Part shown: positions 51,251 to 64,000 of the stretch, one piece after another
Layout of the letters: each line of letters opens with the position of its first letter
Position numbering within the stretch: position 1 is the stretch's first letter
Source: the human T2T-CHM13v2.0 reference genome, Homo sapiens
DNA: 64,000 bases
Direction: 5' to 3' (one strand)
NCBI RefSeq assembly: GCF_009914755.1
Contig: NC_060925.1
Notes under the pieces: model-generated
Databases searched by the model: none
Seen by the model: the letters and a program-made list of their open reading frames with translations, nothing else
What the model was told of the DNA's origin: nothing
Program-made: the position numbers and the translations under genes

Positions 51251-52186
51251 GAGAGTTATAGCAGGTGGGGGGGCTAGGGAGGCCCTCCCCACAAGGAGCT
51301 CATAGTCTATGGAAAAAGAGAGATGTGAAAATAAGTAGCTCTCAACTTCCAGTTGCCATCTGTGCCCCTAGAGAAAAGTTGGTTTGTAACTGGGGCCATG
51401 TAATGAGAACTATCCAGTCAGTACTCAAAGGTTTCCCACGGGTCCACAGAGTCAGAGGCTCCCCCGGTGCCTGTGTGTGTGCATGTATGTACGCATACCT
51501 ATGTGTGTGTGCCTGCATATGTGAGCATGGAGCACATCCTCCTGGTTCATTATTTCACAGAGGTGAGGGAGTTAATTCCACTGCCCTGCCCTGAAAGGGA
51601 AAGAACTGGGAAGAGGAGCTCAGCTTCCAACCTGCCCAGGAGTGATCCCTGATTGGAAGGGATGTGTGTGTGTATGTGTAGCTCTTCCCTTCCTCTCCCA
51701 TACCATGGGGGCTGGCCTGGAGAGTGTGCCTTGGTCTTCCTTCCCACTGTGCTACTGTGCTGTGGGAGCTGATTTGGGGAGGGGGTTGCAGTCGCCTTCA
51801 GAGCTGGCAGCTTGTTGGGGTGTCTGTACAATTCGGGAGCCCCATTGAGGCCACACAGCTGGCTTGGTGGGTCTCCTAGCTTTTATCAGGGATACCTACC
51901 TGACTCCTGTCTTTCTCAATTGATCTTTCAAATGTTGGGTCAGGGAAAAGGGATTGTATTGGCCTCTTAAAACCTCAACATGAAAAAAACCAAAAACTCA
52001 AATGTAAATTATCTGTTTGGAGTACACAGAGGGAAATCTTGTTTCTGACCCAGAACCTTTGTCTGAGCCCAGAGGTCCCTGAGAAGGTGGGGCTGGTGCA
52101 GGGTGATGCTGGTTGGTTGGTTGAGGGGGTAGAGCTTCTTGGGGTAGAGCTTTTTTTGGGGTTGAGGTTATTTGGGCCTAAGGCCA

Positions 52187-52559
52187 TGTATTCATTCTCA
52201 TGCTGCTAATAAGAACATACCCAAGAGTGGGTAGTTTATAAAGGAAAGAGGTTTAATTGACTCACAGTTACGCATGGCTGGAGAGGCCTCAGGAAACTTA
52301 CAATTATGGTGGAAGGGAAAGCAAACATGTCCTTCTTCACATGGCAGCAGCAAGGAGAAGTGTTGAGCACAGTTGGGGGAAAGCCCCTTATAAAACCATC
52401 AGATCTCATGAGAAGTCACTCACTATCATGAGAACAGCATGAGGGTAGCCACCCCCATGATTCAACTGCCTCTTACCATGCCCCTCCCATGACACATGGG
52501 GATTATGGGAACTAGAGTTCAAGATTAAATTTGGATGGGGACACAACCAAACCATATCA
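52187..52559 (-). mobile_element. THE1D-like solo LTR
   Basis: GGCCTCAGGAAACTTACAAT, AACATGTCCTTCTTCACATGG, AAACCATATCA end. Confidence 0.9.
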
Positions 52560-53499
52560 AACTGAGGTGTAGCTGGTTGGGGGTGGGGCTGTTTAGGGTG
52601 GGGCTAGTTGGAGTGTGGGTTTGGTTGGGGGTGAGGCTGGTGCAGGGGTGTCCTCACTAATATAACTTTACCCTTGCTACCTCCTGGGACCTCCTGGAGA
52701 GCTAGGGCCACATTTGAATATCTTTATCTCCCCTAGGCCAACTGTTTCTGAAACACAGGAGGCATATGATGTATTTTGAATTATTATTCTGGAATTTTAA
52801 ATGTTTTCTTTGAAGTCATACAGCCATCTGTCAGCCTTTTTTTTTCTCTCTCTCTGTTTGTCTACCCTTCTGTCTCTGTGTCAGCATCCCTGGAGGTCAG
52901 AGCAGGGCAGGGGAGGCGGTGTACCCTTCCATCCTCACAAGGCTTTGGGCCAAGTGAAACCCCCTCCCTCGGAGGCCCCCCTTCTGGGACTACACCTTCC
53001 ACCTGAATCTTGTGCCAGCAACAGAACTTCTTCCTGCCTTTCCAGGGGGCAGTAACTAGGTTTGCATCTGATGGTGGTCAGTAAAAGAGATAAAGGACGC
53101 AGGGCCACTGTTTGGAAAACAACCCATGGAAGGACCCCCCACCCAACCCCATTGATTCACCTACCTCTCCAGCCACCCACCCTCCTTCCCTCATAATAAT
53201 CTCCTCCCAGATGAAGGAGCTTTCAGAGAGCCAAAAGGGAAGGTGGAAGACACAGTCTCTTTTGGTGGACACGGGGAAGCAAGATGAAAAAAACCACAGG
53301 ACCTAGTAAGGTACCGTCAAGATCCACCCAGCCACCTCCCCTCCCACCAGAAGTGATTGAAGCCCCTCTTCCTGGCTCTTAGAGAACCGCAGGGGACCCG
53401 GAGCAGACAGCAGGCCTTTCTGATGCTTAAAGTTTTAGCATTTAGGACAATGCCCTGTGCTTATCCTCTGTACACCCCTAGCTTCCTGGCCATCTTTGG

Positions 53500-53900
53500 A
53501 GTTCATTCATTCATTCATTCACTCACTCATTCAACAAATCTCCACTGAACATCAACAGTGTCACTGGCACTGCTCCGAAAGCAGGGGATAAACTGATGAG
53601 CAAAACAGACCAAACTGCACCTCCAAGGACCTTTTAGCCAGGGGAGGAGAGTCTGGCAGTTGGAAAGCGTGTCCACAGTCCCCAGGGAACCAGGAACCAC
53701 GTCCTGGGGAGCAGGGAGCTTGTGGAAGAACTGAAGCTCAGTAAACAGGTGACTGAGGTGGGGGCACCACGGGGTCAGAGTCTGCAGGGCAGTCACCGCT
53801 GGACATGGTTGAGGAATAACGGAGGAGACTCCAGGCATGAGTGAGTAGGGGTACTTGTGACACAGGTGGTTCAAAATCAGCATGGAGCGGGGACTCAGAG
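53500..53900 (-). mobile_element. L2 3' end with (CATT)n tail
   Basis: TTCATTCATTCATTCATTC..CATTCAACAAAT..ACTGAACATC. Confidence 0.65.
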
Positions 53901-56127
53901 CAAGGGTGTGAGCCGTCAGACTGGGCCCTCCAGGGGTGACTTCGTTCCCTATCTCCTTTCGCGTCTGAGCCCTCCCCACAAAACTGGTTCTGCTTGGCAC
54001 CCTGCCCTGTGCCTGAAGCTAAGCCTCAAAGTGGCCTCCTGGGCTGGAGCCAGGGGTAAGGGAAAATCAAGAATTTGACTTTGAAGCAGGCAAGGGGCAG
54101 GGAAGCAGCTGTGTACAGAAGTGTGGGATTTCTTCCTTTTCCTTGCATCCAGCCCTTCTTGCTACTGTCTGGGCACACCCCAGGCATCTTGGTGCAGCCC
54201 ACAGGGCCCTCTGGAGCCTGGTCCCTGGAGACCCTCTGTCCCCATCTCCTGCCACCCAGTGATTCCTTCATCACAGCCTCTGCCTGTTCAGTGTTCTGCA
54301 CCCAGGTCTCAAATCCCATTGCACTGCCCCCCAGAACCTCATTAGAGTACAGGTCTCCTGCAGGAAGCTGTCCTCTGTCCTCCTGCTGAGGGTCCCTACT
54401 GCTTTAGGGCCCACCGTAGTATTTCACAATCACTTGATCTCGCCTATCACACTATTGGCTTCTTCAGGGATGGACCCAGCCTTTTCATCTTGTGACCCCA
54501 AGATTTTTCCCTGTGTCCTGCATGGGGTTGGTTCTCCAAATAGGACTGTGGAGGGGATATGCAAATATCAACCAACCTTTGAAGCACGCTTCACTAAATA
54601 AAAGGAGTGGGAAATGGCACTGGGAAAATGAGTATCTTGGGGGATTGAGCCAAAAAGACATCAGAAATCAGCTCCAAGAAGGAGCCAGGAAAGGGATGGA
54701 GTGGCTGGCCTGGAGTGGCTGGCTTGGAGTGGCCTAAAGTGAACAGATTCTGTAAGCCACAGCCACAACTCTGCGTTTATCTTTATGGTGAATATCAGGC
54801 ACCTGAGAAAGGAGAAGGCGCTTTGTAAGTCTCTTCATTTTCCCCTCTATTTTTAGCAAGGTAGAATTGTTATGGATTTAATGGGGGGAATAAATACTGC
54901 CCTTCACCATCCCAGGTACTAGTTCTGTTAATAATTTTTCAAGCGGAGAATAAAGAGGAGCCGTGTAAAAATAGTTACATCCTAATTTGGCCTGATTTCA
55001 AATTATCTAATTAGAGAAAGTCCGGAGTTTCTTATTTTTAAAAGTGTTTACTCAGGATATTTCCAGCTAGTGGGGGAAATGAACAGAAGAAGTGCAGGGC
55101 AGGGCACAGCAAGGTGGGTCTGCGGCGGCGATGACCTGGAACGGCTGAGGCCAATCACAGGAATCACCCAGAGGATGCCTGGGGACCGGTCAGGGGCGCC
55201 CGTTTCCACTCAACCCACAGCTAACTGCGGCAGTGACACCACGCTGATTTGCTTCATTGAAGATGAACATTTATGATACCAGCACCTCCTACAACCTTTT
55301 CTTCATTGTTCTGTGTAACATGGACCATTTTCTCTCCAACGTTGCCCTTCTTGAGAGAAGGGTGATAAATACGTTGAAGCCCAATTGTCTTTATTATTCA
55401 CAAGGTGAAAGTCCTTTCCTGGTACCACTGTCAGGCTCTCCACCTCCAAACATCAATCACTCTCCATCCCCACCCTGCCCGTCTTCCAGGTCATTAGTGA
55501 AGGGCTGTGTCTCCTCACTCAGCCTCAGAGTCAAAACTCGGCACTGCAGCGTGCTGGTGTCTGGCCCCGCGAAAGTGGTGAGAGTGATGTGAGGATGTGT
55601 GGCCTCATGGTTAGACGGTGGGGTGCTGAGCTCCATGCATCGCTCTGTGTGAGTGGACGGACCCCAGAGAAGGCAATACAGTAGGGAGGCTGTGGCCACA
55701 GTGTGGTGAGGTCATACTGACTGTTCCCTCAAGCCCCTAGAAGCTGGTTTTGCAGGATTAATCATCTAACTTATTCAACAAACCTTCATTGAACACCCAT
55801 GTGGTGACTTAGACTGAATCACAGTGACCGAGTCCTGTCTTTACAGGGCTCACAATTGTCTGGGAGAAGGTGGGCAGAGCAAAAATTCATAAGAAAACAG
55901 GACAGAGTGGAGGAGCTTGACTACGGGACAGCTTCAGATTGGGAGCGGGATTCAGAGGAGACATGTCAGCAGGAACTCGAATGAGCAGAAGGAGGTGGCC
56001 AGGGAGATGCTGGGTCCTTCTCTGAGGTTGAGAACTTCATGTGAAGCTTTATGGTATACTTGGCGTTTCTTTAATTTTGGAGGCACAGCTCAGATCCGAG
56101 TTGGAATCATATCTCTGGAGCAATCAG

Positions 56128-56358
56128 AGCTCAATACAGTCTCCATCTCCTGGGCTCAAGAAATTCTCTTGCTTTAGCCTCCAAAGTAGCTGGAACTACA
56201 GGCACATGCCACCTTGACCAGCTATTTTAAAAACATTTTTGCAGAGCTGAGTTCTCACTATGTTTCCCAGGCTGGTCTTGAACTCCTGAGCCCCAGCGAT
56301 CCTCCTGCCTTGGCCTCCCAAAGGACTGGGATTACAGGCATGAACCCCATGCTCAGCC
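56128..56358 (-). mobile_element. Partial AluJ lacking 3' end and tail, within a MIR (about 56080-56530)
   Basis: CCTGGGCTCAAG, CTCACTATGTTTCCCAGGCTGG, GATCCTCCTGCCTTGG. The MIR core GACCTTGGGCAAAT..CTATAAAATGGG resumes after it. Confidence 0.8.
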
Positions 56359-56868
56359 CTCTCTCCTCTTTCGTTGTGAGACCTTGGGCAAATCCCAGCA
56401 TCTGCCTGGGTCTCAATCTTCTCACCTATAAAATGGGTTTAATGGTCTCGTTTGCTGAGTTGCCAGGTCTATTGCAAGAATCAAATGAGTGGAAGTGTGT
56501 AAAATGCTCGGCAGTTGGCAAATCCTCGTGAAGGATAACATGTCCTGGGTCAGTCCCCAAAAGTAGGCCCTGAGATAAGGACTTGGGTCTTCCAGGAGAA
56601 ACCAGTAAGAGAGTTGATGTGAGAAGAACATGACTTAAAAAAAAAAAGGGGAGGAGCACAGGGACAATTTTGGGCAAAATCCAGCCTCAGGCTGCCCCTG
56701 CAGGGAGCTCCGGGGTGTAGGTTGTCCCTCTGCATTTATCCCTATTAGAAGCGAGAGAGCTGTGCTGTTCTATTCCTGCACCGGCCAGCCCTTGACCTAG
56801 GCAATTGTGGGGTTGAAGTGGAGGTTGAGGGGGAAGAAAGTAAATTTCTGGACATTCCGGCTCACTGA

Positions 56869-57702
<834 letters not shown>

Positions 57703-57891
57703 ATAGCTCAAACATTGGTCCTCTGAAGAGGGTCTCAGGTATGGGGCTGTGTAAGCAAAGCCCACAGATGCCAGGATGTGCACACGGAAATGGCACGGGG
57801 ATCTGGGCAGAGCATTAGTGGTGACTGCTCCAGCTGGGCGGACCCAGCAGAGCTGGACAGTGTCAGGCTGCAGGGCTCCCATCTTGCCTCG

Positions 57892-58447
57892 TGATGTGGT
57901 TTGGATCTGTGTTCCCACCCAGATCTCCTGTTGAAATGTAATCCCCAGTGTTGGAGATGGGGCCTGGTGGGAGGTGATTGGATCTGGGGGTGGGTTCTAG
58001 TGGCCTGGTGGGAGGTGATTGGATCTGGGGGTGGGTTCTAGTGGCCTGGTGGGAGGTGATTGGATCTGGGGGTGGGTTCTAGTGGCCTGGTGGGAGGTGA
58101 TTGGATCTGGGGGTGGGTTCTAGTGGCCTGGTGGGAGGTGATTGGATCTGGGGGTGGGTTTTAGTGGTTTAGCACCATCTCCCTAGGGCTGCTCTCATGA
58201 TAGAGTTCTCAGATGTGGTTGTTTAAAAACATGTGGCACCTCCCTTTTCTCTCTCTTGTTCCCACTCCTGCCATGTGAAATGAGCTGCTTCCCCTTTGCC
58301 TTCTGCCATGATTGAACATTTCCTGAGGCTTCCCCAGTCACGCTTCCTGTGCAGCCTGTGGAACTGTGAGCCAATTATACCCCTTTTCTTCATAAATTAC
58401 CCAGTCTTAGGTATTTATTTACAGCAGTTCAAGAATGGATTAAAACA
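57892..58447 (+). mobile_element. MST-family solo LTR carrying an internal VNTR
   Basis: TGATGTGGTTTGGATCTGTG start, GAACTGTGAGCCAATT, ATAAATTACCCAGTC and ACA end. Confidence 0.9.
57961..58165. repeat. 41-bp minisatellite x5
   Basis: GGCCTGGTGGGAGGTGATTGGATCTGGGGGTGGGTTCTAGT: four identical copies and a fifth with one substitution. Confidence 0.97.
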
Positions 58448-58629
58448 CTTTCCCTCCGGGTCTGATCTCTGGCTTTGGGTGCATTGGCCACCCTTCTCCC
58501 CACACTGCCCACAGCCCTTGCCATGAGACTCCATCAAAACACCTTCCCTCTAGGTCTGATCTCTGTCATTGAGCATGTTGGCTACGCTTCTCCCCCCATC
58601 ACCCACTGCCCTTGCCATGAGACTCCATC
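58442..58629. repeat. 94-bp tandem duplication
   Basis: 58442-58535 versus 58536-58629, ungapped, 77/94 identical by manual count. Confidence 0.9.
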
Positions 58630-59716
58630 TTGGTGCTCCCACCACGAGGCTGTGGCTTTATTCTGGGGAGTGTGCAGCTTCTGTGTTTCTTCCAGCTCAG
58701 CTGACTTTACCTTTGAAAGATAGGCACGGTGTCTGGAAGACAGCTCCTTGCACCTTTCCTGGGACCAGGGAGACAGTGATTGCTGAGTCTTCTCCATCAG
58801 ATCTGGAATATGATTGTGAGGGTTGTGGATTGGAGGTGGGAGGTTGGGATTGGCCACAACAGGCCAGCCCAGCCGGAGGCCATGCTGTAGCTACAGTGAC
58901 CACCAAGATCTCACGTTTGTCAAAATTAGTTGCATACCAGGCATTGTGTCCAAGGGTTCACCTGCCCCATCTCAGGTCTTCCTCAGCACCCAGAGCTACC
59001 AGATGTTAGCATTGCCTCGAAAACAGGTGCACACTGGACCTCTCAGGGTGGAGCCCAGTCTGATGACTCTGAAGCCCGTGAGTGTGACTGCCACACTGCT
59101 CCCTGCCCCACGGTCCTGCCCTCTCCCTTACAAACACACCCAAGAGTTTCCCAAGGGGAGACTAGACCCTTCTGATTCCATTCAGTACAACAGAAATTTA
59201 ATGAGCACCTGCAGTGTCTTGGAGATGCTGCTTGGCACCAGGGCCACACTCAGAGGGGAGCCTGTCCAGAATAGATGACTGCTGTGCAATGAGACAGATG
59301 CCAAGACAGAGGCTCACCTGGATATGATGGGGTCACCAAGGTGACAGTGGCACCTGCTCACCCCTGCCCAGCTTCTGGGATGGGAGTCAAGACAGGGATT
59401 TCCAGGGAGGGAATCTGGGCAAGCCCAGGAGCACTAGTGAGAGGAGCAGCCCCGGGTGTGTGGAGGGCACCTGGCCTGGTGTGGTCAGAGCTGGGTGGGG
59501 ACCACTGCGGAAGCAGAGGGAGGCATAGATAGGCTGGGGAGGAAGCTGGGCTGCGGTAGGTGGGAGGAGCCACTGGTCTGTTTTCAGGGAGATAAGTGGT
59601 TCAGACATGAAGAACGGCAGCGTCTGATACAGCCTCTGTCCCAGTGGCTGTGAAGGGCCACAGGTGGTGCAAATGGTCTCACCTCCATGTCCCTAGGCCT
59701 CCTGCACACATCCCGC

Positions 59717-59922
59717 CTGCCTCACCTGTGCCTAGAACCCGGGTCCATGCCTGAAGCACATGTCCTGTCTGCCTCACCTGTGCCTAAAGCCCAGGTCCAT
59801 GCCTGGAGCACATGTCCTTCCTGCATCACCTGTGCCTAAAGCCCAGGTCCACGCCTGGAGCACACGTCCTTCCTGCCTTGCCCTACAGACCTAGAACCTG
59901 GGTCCACGCCTGGAGCACATGT
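59717..59922. repeat. 52-bp minisatellite, about 4 copies
   Basis: CTGCCTCACCTGTGCCTA(G/A)A..CC.GGTCCA(T/C)GCCTG.AGCACA(T/C)GTCCT units at 59717, 59769, 59821 and 59873. Confidence 0.9.
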
Positions 59923-61419
59923 TGCTGTGAATGCCACTGGTCACACCCTCACCCATGGATGGCAGGCTGGGGGTGTTGTGTGGGCTCACAATTCTCTCCC
60001 ATGGGGGACAGCTCAGAGAAAGGAGAAAGAAATACCATTGGGGGGTGGGGCAGGTTTGCCACAATCCAGGTGAGAGGTCCGGGTGCCTGGATGGAGGTGG
60101 GGCTCAGATCAGAGGATTTCAGGGGCAGATTGGCCACAGGTGGCAATAGTCAGATGGGAGTGTTAAGAAGAGCGAATAATTGAGAAAGCTACATCCCAGG
60201 ACCTGGGACCGGAGATGGGGCACACGGCAGGCACAGGCACCAGGGGCCAGGAATGGAGCCTGAGGCGTTGATTGAGGCTCTGAAGGGAGACTTCCTTCCC
60301 ATGGGGTAAGGAGAGCCATGTGTCCTACAGCCCTCGGCAGTGAGAAGGCGAGTCAGGGCTCTGGTCCCTCGAGGAACAACATGGCCACTCTGTCATTTCC
60401 AACCTCATGGAAAACCCTTCTGTGAAAGATTGAATCCTACATTTAGCCTCGGCTAAGGGACAGCGTGGACCACTGTTCAATCATCCTTCAGTTTGGAAGG
60501 CCCTGGAGGCCTCCCAGCTTCCTCCCCAAACGCAATCCCCATTTTCCAGGGCCGTAGGGAAGTGCTGCTTGGTGGGGGGCAGGGGCCACGCGGGACCTGA
60601 GTACTTTCTGCTCGGCTGCATGTACATTTCATTTTCCTTCAGAGCATATGCATTTCACTAATGGGGAGATTTTAAGTGAAGACCTTATTACTCCAGTGAA
60701 AATAGTGGCTGTGTTAGGGTGGCGGGATTAGCAGGTGCCTGTGATGTCTTTTAAATTCCTGTAATAATGCTACTGCCTTTTGCCTTTTCAATTACGATTT
60801 TTGCAATGCATGACAGTAAAAGATCATGTAGGGCCGTGCAAGCCTTCTGCCAATCAAAAACCCTTGGGGGGGGCGGTGGTTAAGACTGCCACAGATAAGG
60901 GGAATTCTGGTGAAATGCAGCCCTGAGCCTCCACGAGGCCCCATCCTGGCTGTATTGGGGTCTCTGCCAAACTCCCATCCTGCAGGAGAACAGAGTGAGG
61001 GCTGCCTGTGCCCAGTGGTCTAATTGTGTGTGAGCAGGAAGCTGAGACTGAGTGTCACTCGCAGACGGGGACCTTTGTCACTTCGAAGATGGCTTTTGCA
61101 TTGTGGAAAGCAGGCAAGCCAAGGGCAGGATGTGGGGCAAATAATAAATTTCAAGGAATGAGGGGCCGCTCCCTGGTGTCCCTGGCATGTTCTGCAGAGC
61201 CTGGGTCTAGGGAGGGAAAAAGGAGCTGAGAAACAGAAAGAAATGATAACAAGGAGGAAAGAAAGGAAACAAAAAAGGGGAACGTGGCCATGCTGCAAGG
61301 GGCTGAAGGGTCCCGTCAGAAAAAAATGAAATGAATTAAGGAGAGCTGTGTTCCAAATACTGCAAACTTGGGAATGAGAGATGCGGTAGGAGGAGGAGAG
61401 CAAAGGCAGGCAGGAAAGG

Positions 61420-61915
61420 AAGTGAGTCTGGAGTCATTCTGATGGGGTCCCACGGTGCCCAGGCACCTGGTCAACCCTGTTATCCTGGACGCATCTGTGA
61501 GGGTGTTTCTGGATGACATTAGCTCTTAAACCAGCAGATGCCCCTCCCCTGGGGTGGGCGTCATCTGATCAGCTGAGGCCCAAATAGACCTAAATGTTTC
61601 ACCCTCCCTGGAGCAAGAGGGAATCCTTTTCTGCCTCAAATGGCCTTCAAACTGGATTGTCGGCCTTTTCCCTCTCTTCGGACTCTGAAACATCGCGCTT
61701 CCTGATTCTCAAGCCCACTGGCCCTGGGACAGGAACTCAACCAAGAGCTTGCAGCTCTCCTGGGTTCCCTGCTGGCCTGCCCCACTCACCTTGCAGCTCC
61801 TGGGACCTGCCCGCCTCCATAATGGTGGGAGCCAGTTCCTCATAATAAATCTCTTTATAGATCTCTATATGTCCCCCCACAGGCTATGCTTTTCTGGAGA
61901 GCCCTGACTAGCACA
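61420..61915 (+). mobile_element. MLT2 (ERVL) solo LTR
   Basis: TCTGTGAGGGTGTTTCTGGATGA, CCTCCATAAT..GAGCCAGTTCCT.ATAATAAATCTCT, CTGGAGAGCCCTGACTAGCACA end. Confidence 0.85.
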
Positions 61916-62608
61916 GGAGGGTGGGAACTGCCAGGGAAGGGAGCTCTTAGGAGTCACAGTGTCTTTGTCCTCTTGAGGATAAGGAACGGGCCTCCAAACA
62001 GAAACTGGGAACCTTGTTCTTCTTGGGAAAACGGATGCGCACTTTTAATATTTATGAAGTAGGAAAATAAAACAAAAGATGAGTCAGAACATCAAGCCCA
62101 GAGATGAGAAAATTAAAGTACATAAAATATTGATCCATTTGGCTGGGCAGCAGGCGGCCGTGCGTGTGGTGGAAATGCTGTTTCTGGGCGTAGTTATCCC
62201 CCTCCCTTCCCATCCACGAGCTCCAGCAATTTAGTTAATGGGAGCCGAATGCAGAGTTCATTTTTCACATTCCATTAATGTTTCATTTCTAATACTCTTT
62301 TCAGTATAAATTTAAAAACAAAATAGAAATTGTGTCTTGATCATTATTCTCTATTAAGGGGAAAACGCGAGTGCTTCTCAGTTGCTAATCAGGACCCTTC
62401 AGGGGGGCACAGCTCCTGGGACAGTGTCCTGCTTCCAGGCCTTCTCCTCTCCTCCTGAGCCTTCCAAACACACACCTGCCACGCCCTCCCCGCTGAGCCC
62501 TGCAGCTCCCACTCTCAGCACGCTGCCCCGAGGTGCTTTTGGGATGTGGGTGCTAAACCCCTATCCCAGGAGCAGCCTGAGACCCAGTGTGATGCGCACG
62601 CTGCGTAG

Positions 62609-63090
62609 TGCACACACGTCACAACTACAGCACACACGTCACAACTGCAGCACACACGTCACAACTGCAGCATGCACGTCATAACTACAGCACACACGTC
62701 ACAACTACAGCACACACACGTCACAACTGCAGCACGCACGTCACAACTGTAGCACACACACGTCACAACTACAGCACACATGTCACAACTGCAGCACACA
62801 CGTCACAACTGTAGCGCACACACGTCACAACTACAGCACACACGTCACAACTGCAGCACACACACGTCACAACTACAGCACACACGTCACTACAGCACAC
62901 ACACGTCACAACTACAGCACACACGTCACAACTGCAGCACACACGTCACAACTACAGCACACGTCACAACTACAGCACGCACACATTACAACTGCAGCAC
63001 GCACACGTCACAACTGCAGCACACACGTCACAACTGCAGCACACATGTCACAACTGCAGCACGCACACATCACAACTACAGCACACACAT
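62609..63090. repeat. ~20-bp minisatellite GCACACACGTCACAACT(A/G)CA, about 23 copies
   Basis: Direct reading. Unit length varies through the internal (CA)n. Confidence 0.97.
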
Positions 63091-63275
63091 CAAGCACCAG
63101 AGGCAGCACAGACGGCAAGTCCCCAGGGATGCCCCAGGAAGGCTCCCCTGGGGAGCTGGGAAGGGGATGGGAGCAGGCCAAATGATGCTTTCAAAGCCTG
63201 TTGAGACGCTGAATCTACAAATGGGCAACAACCAGATGATAGAGAAAAGAGAGCTCTAATCCACGACCTGCAGCA

Positions 63276-64000
63276 CCAGCCCAGGAAACCCCTTCCCTAG
63301 AGACCCAGCCCAGGAAACCCCTTCCCTACAGACCCAGCCCATGAAACCCCTTCCCTAGACACCCAGCCCAGGAAACCCCTTCCCTGGAGACCCAGCCCAG
63401 GAAACCCCTTCCCTGGAGACCCAGCCCAGGAAACCCCTTCCCTGGAGACCCAGCCCAGGAAACCCCTTCCCTGGAGACCCAGCCCAGGAAACCCCTTCCC
63501 TGGAGACCCAGCCCATGAAACCCCTTCCCTAGACACCCAGCCCAGGAAACCCCTTCCCTGGAGACCCAGCCCAGGAAACCCCTTCCCTGGAGACCGAGCC
63601 CAGGAAACCCCTTCCCTAGAGACCCAGCCCAGGAAACCCCTTCCCTGGAGACTAGGCCCAGGAAACCCCTTCCCTGGAGACTCAGCCCATGAAACCCCTT
63701 CCCTAGACACCCAGCCCAGGAAACCCCTTCCCTGGAGACCCAGCCCAGGAAACCCCTTCCCTAAAGACCCAGCCCAGGAAACCCCTTCCCTAGAGACCCA
63801 GCCCAGGAAACCCCTTCCCTACAGATCCAGCCCAGGAAACCCCTTCCCTAGAGACCGAGCCCAGGAAACCCCTTCCCTACAGACCCAGCCCAGGAAACCC
63901 CTTCCCTAGAGACCCAGCCCAGGAAACCCCTTCCCTAGAGATCCAGCCCAGGAAACCCCTTCCCTAGAGACCCAGCCCAGGAAACCCCTTCCCTAGAGAC
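63276..64000. repeat. 29-bp VNTR CCCAGCCCAGGAAACCCCTTCCCT(A/G)GAGA, about 25 copies, running off the window
   Basis: Direct reading. Confidence 0.97.

Noticed and set aside
62382-63710. Repetitive ORFs (HTSQLQ.., SPGKGFPG..) and CRISPR-like periodicity
   Set aside because: These are head-to-tail minisatellites with no unique spacers and no cas genes, in eukaryotic DNA.

Overview
Primate (probably human or ape) non-coding DNA, identified by AluJ/S/Y, L1PA, THE1/MST and MER-family elements. I found no protein-coding exon, RNA gene or CRISPR-type system. The ORF track is explained by L1, Alu, LTR and simple-repeat sequence or by chance. Much of the window is interspersed repeat: a ~5.6 kb decayed L1PA, a two-LTR MST provirus, many solo LTRs, MIR, L2 and DNA-transposon relics. 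It also holds several tandem arrays. The observations not explained by routine repeat annotation are: an old inverted templated insertion (10721-10801, copied from 11391-11471); an 8-unit in-phase heat-shock element (13305-13342); a 71-pentamer array that switches motif without losing register (33911-34265); a 29-bp VNTR with one G-quadruplex motif per unit and a 174-bp higher-order period (63276-end); a minisatellite of repeated TGACGTG bZIP sites (62609-63090); and a 41-bp VNTR born inside an LTR. Subfamily names come from recalled consensus features, not a RepeatMasker run, and boundaries of old elements are approximate. I do not see a new biological system here.
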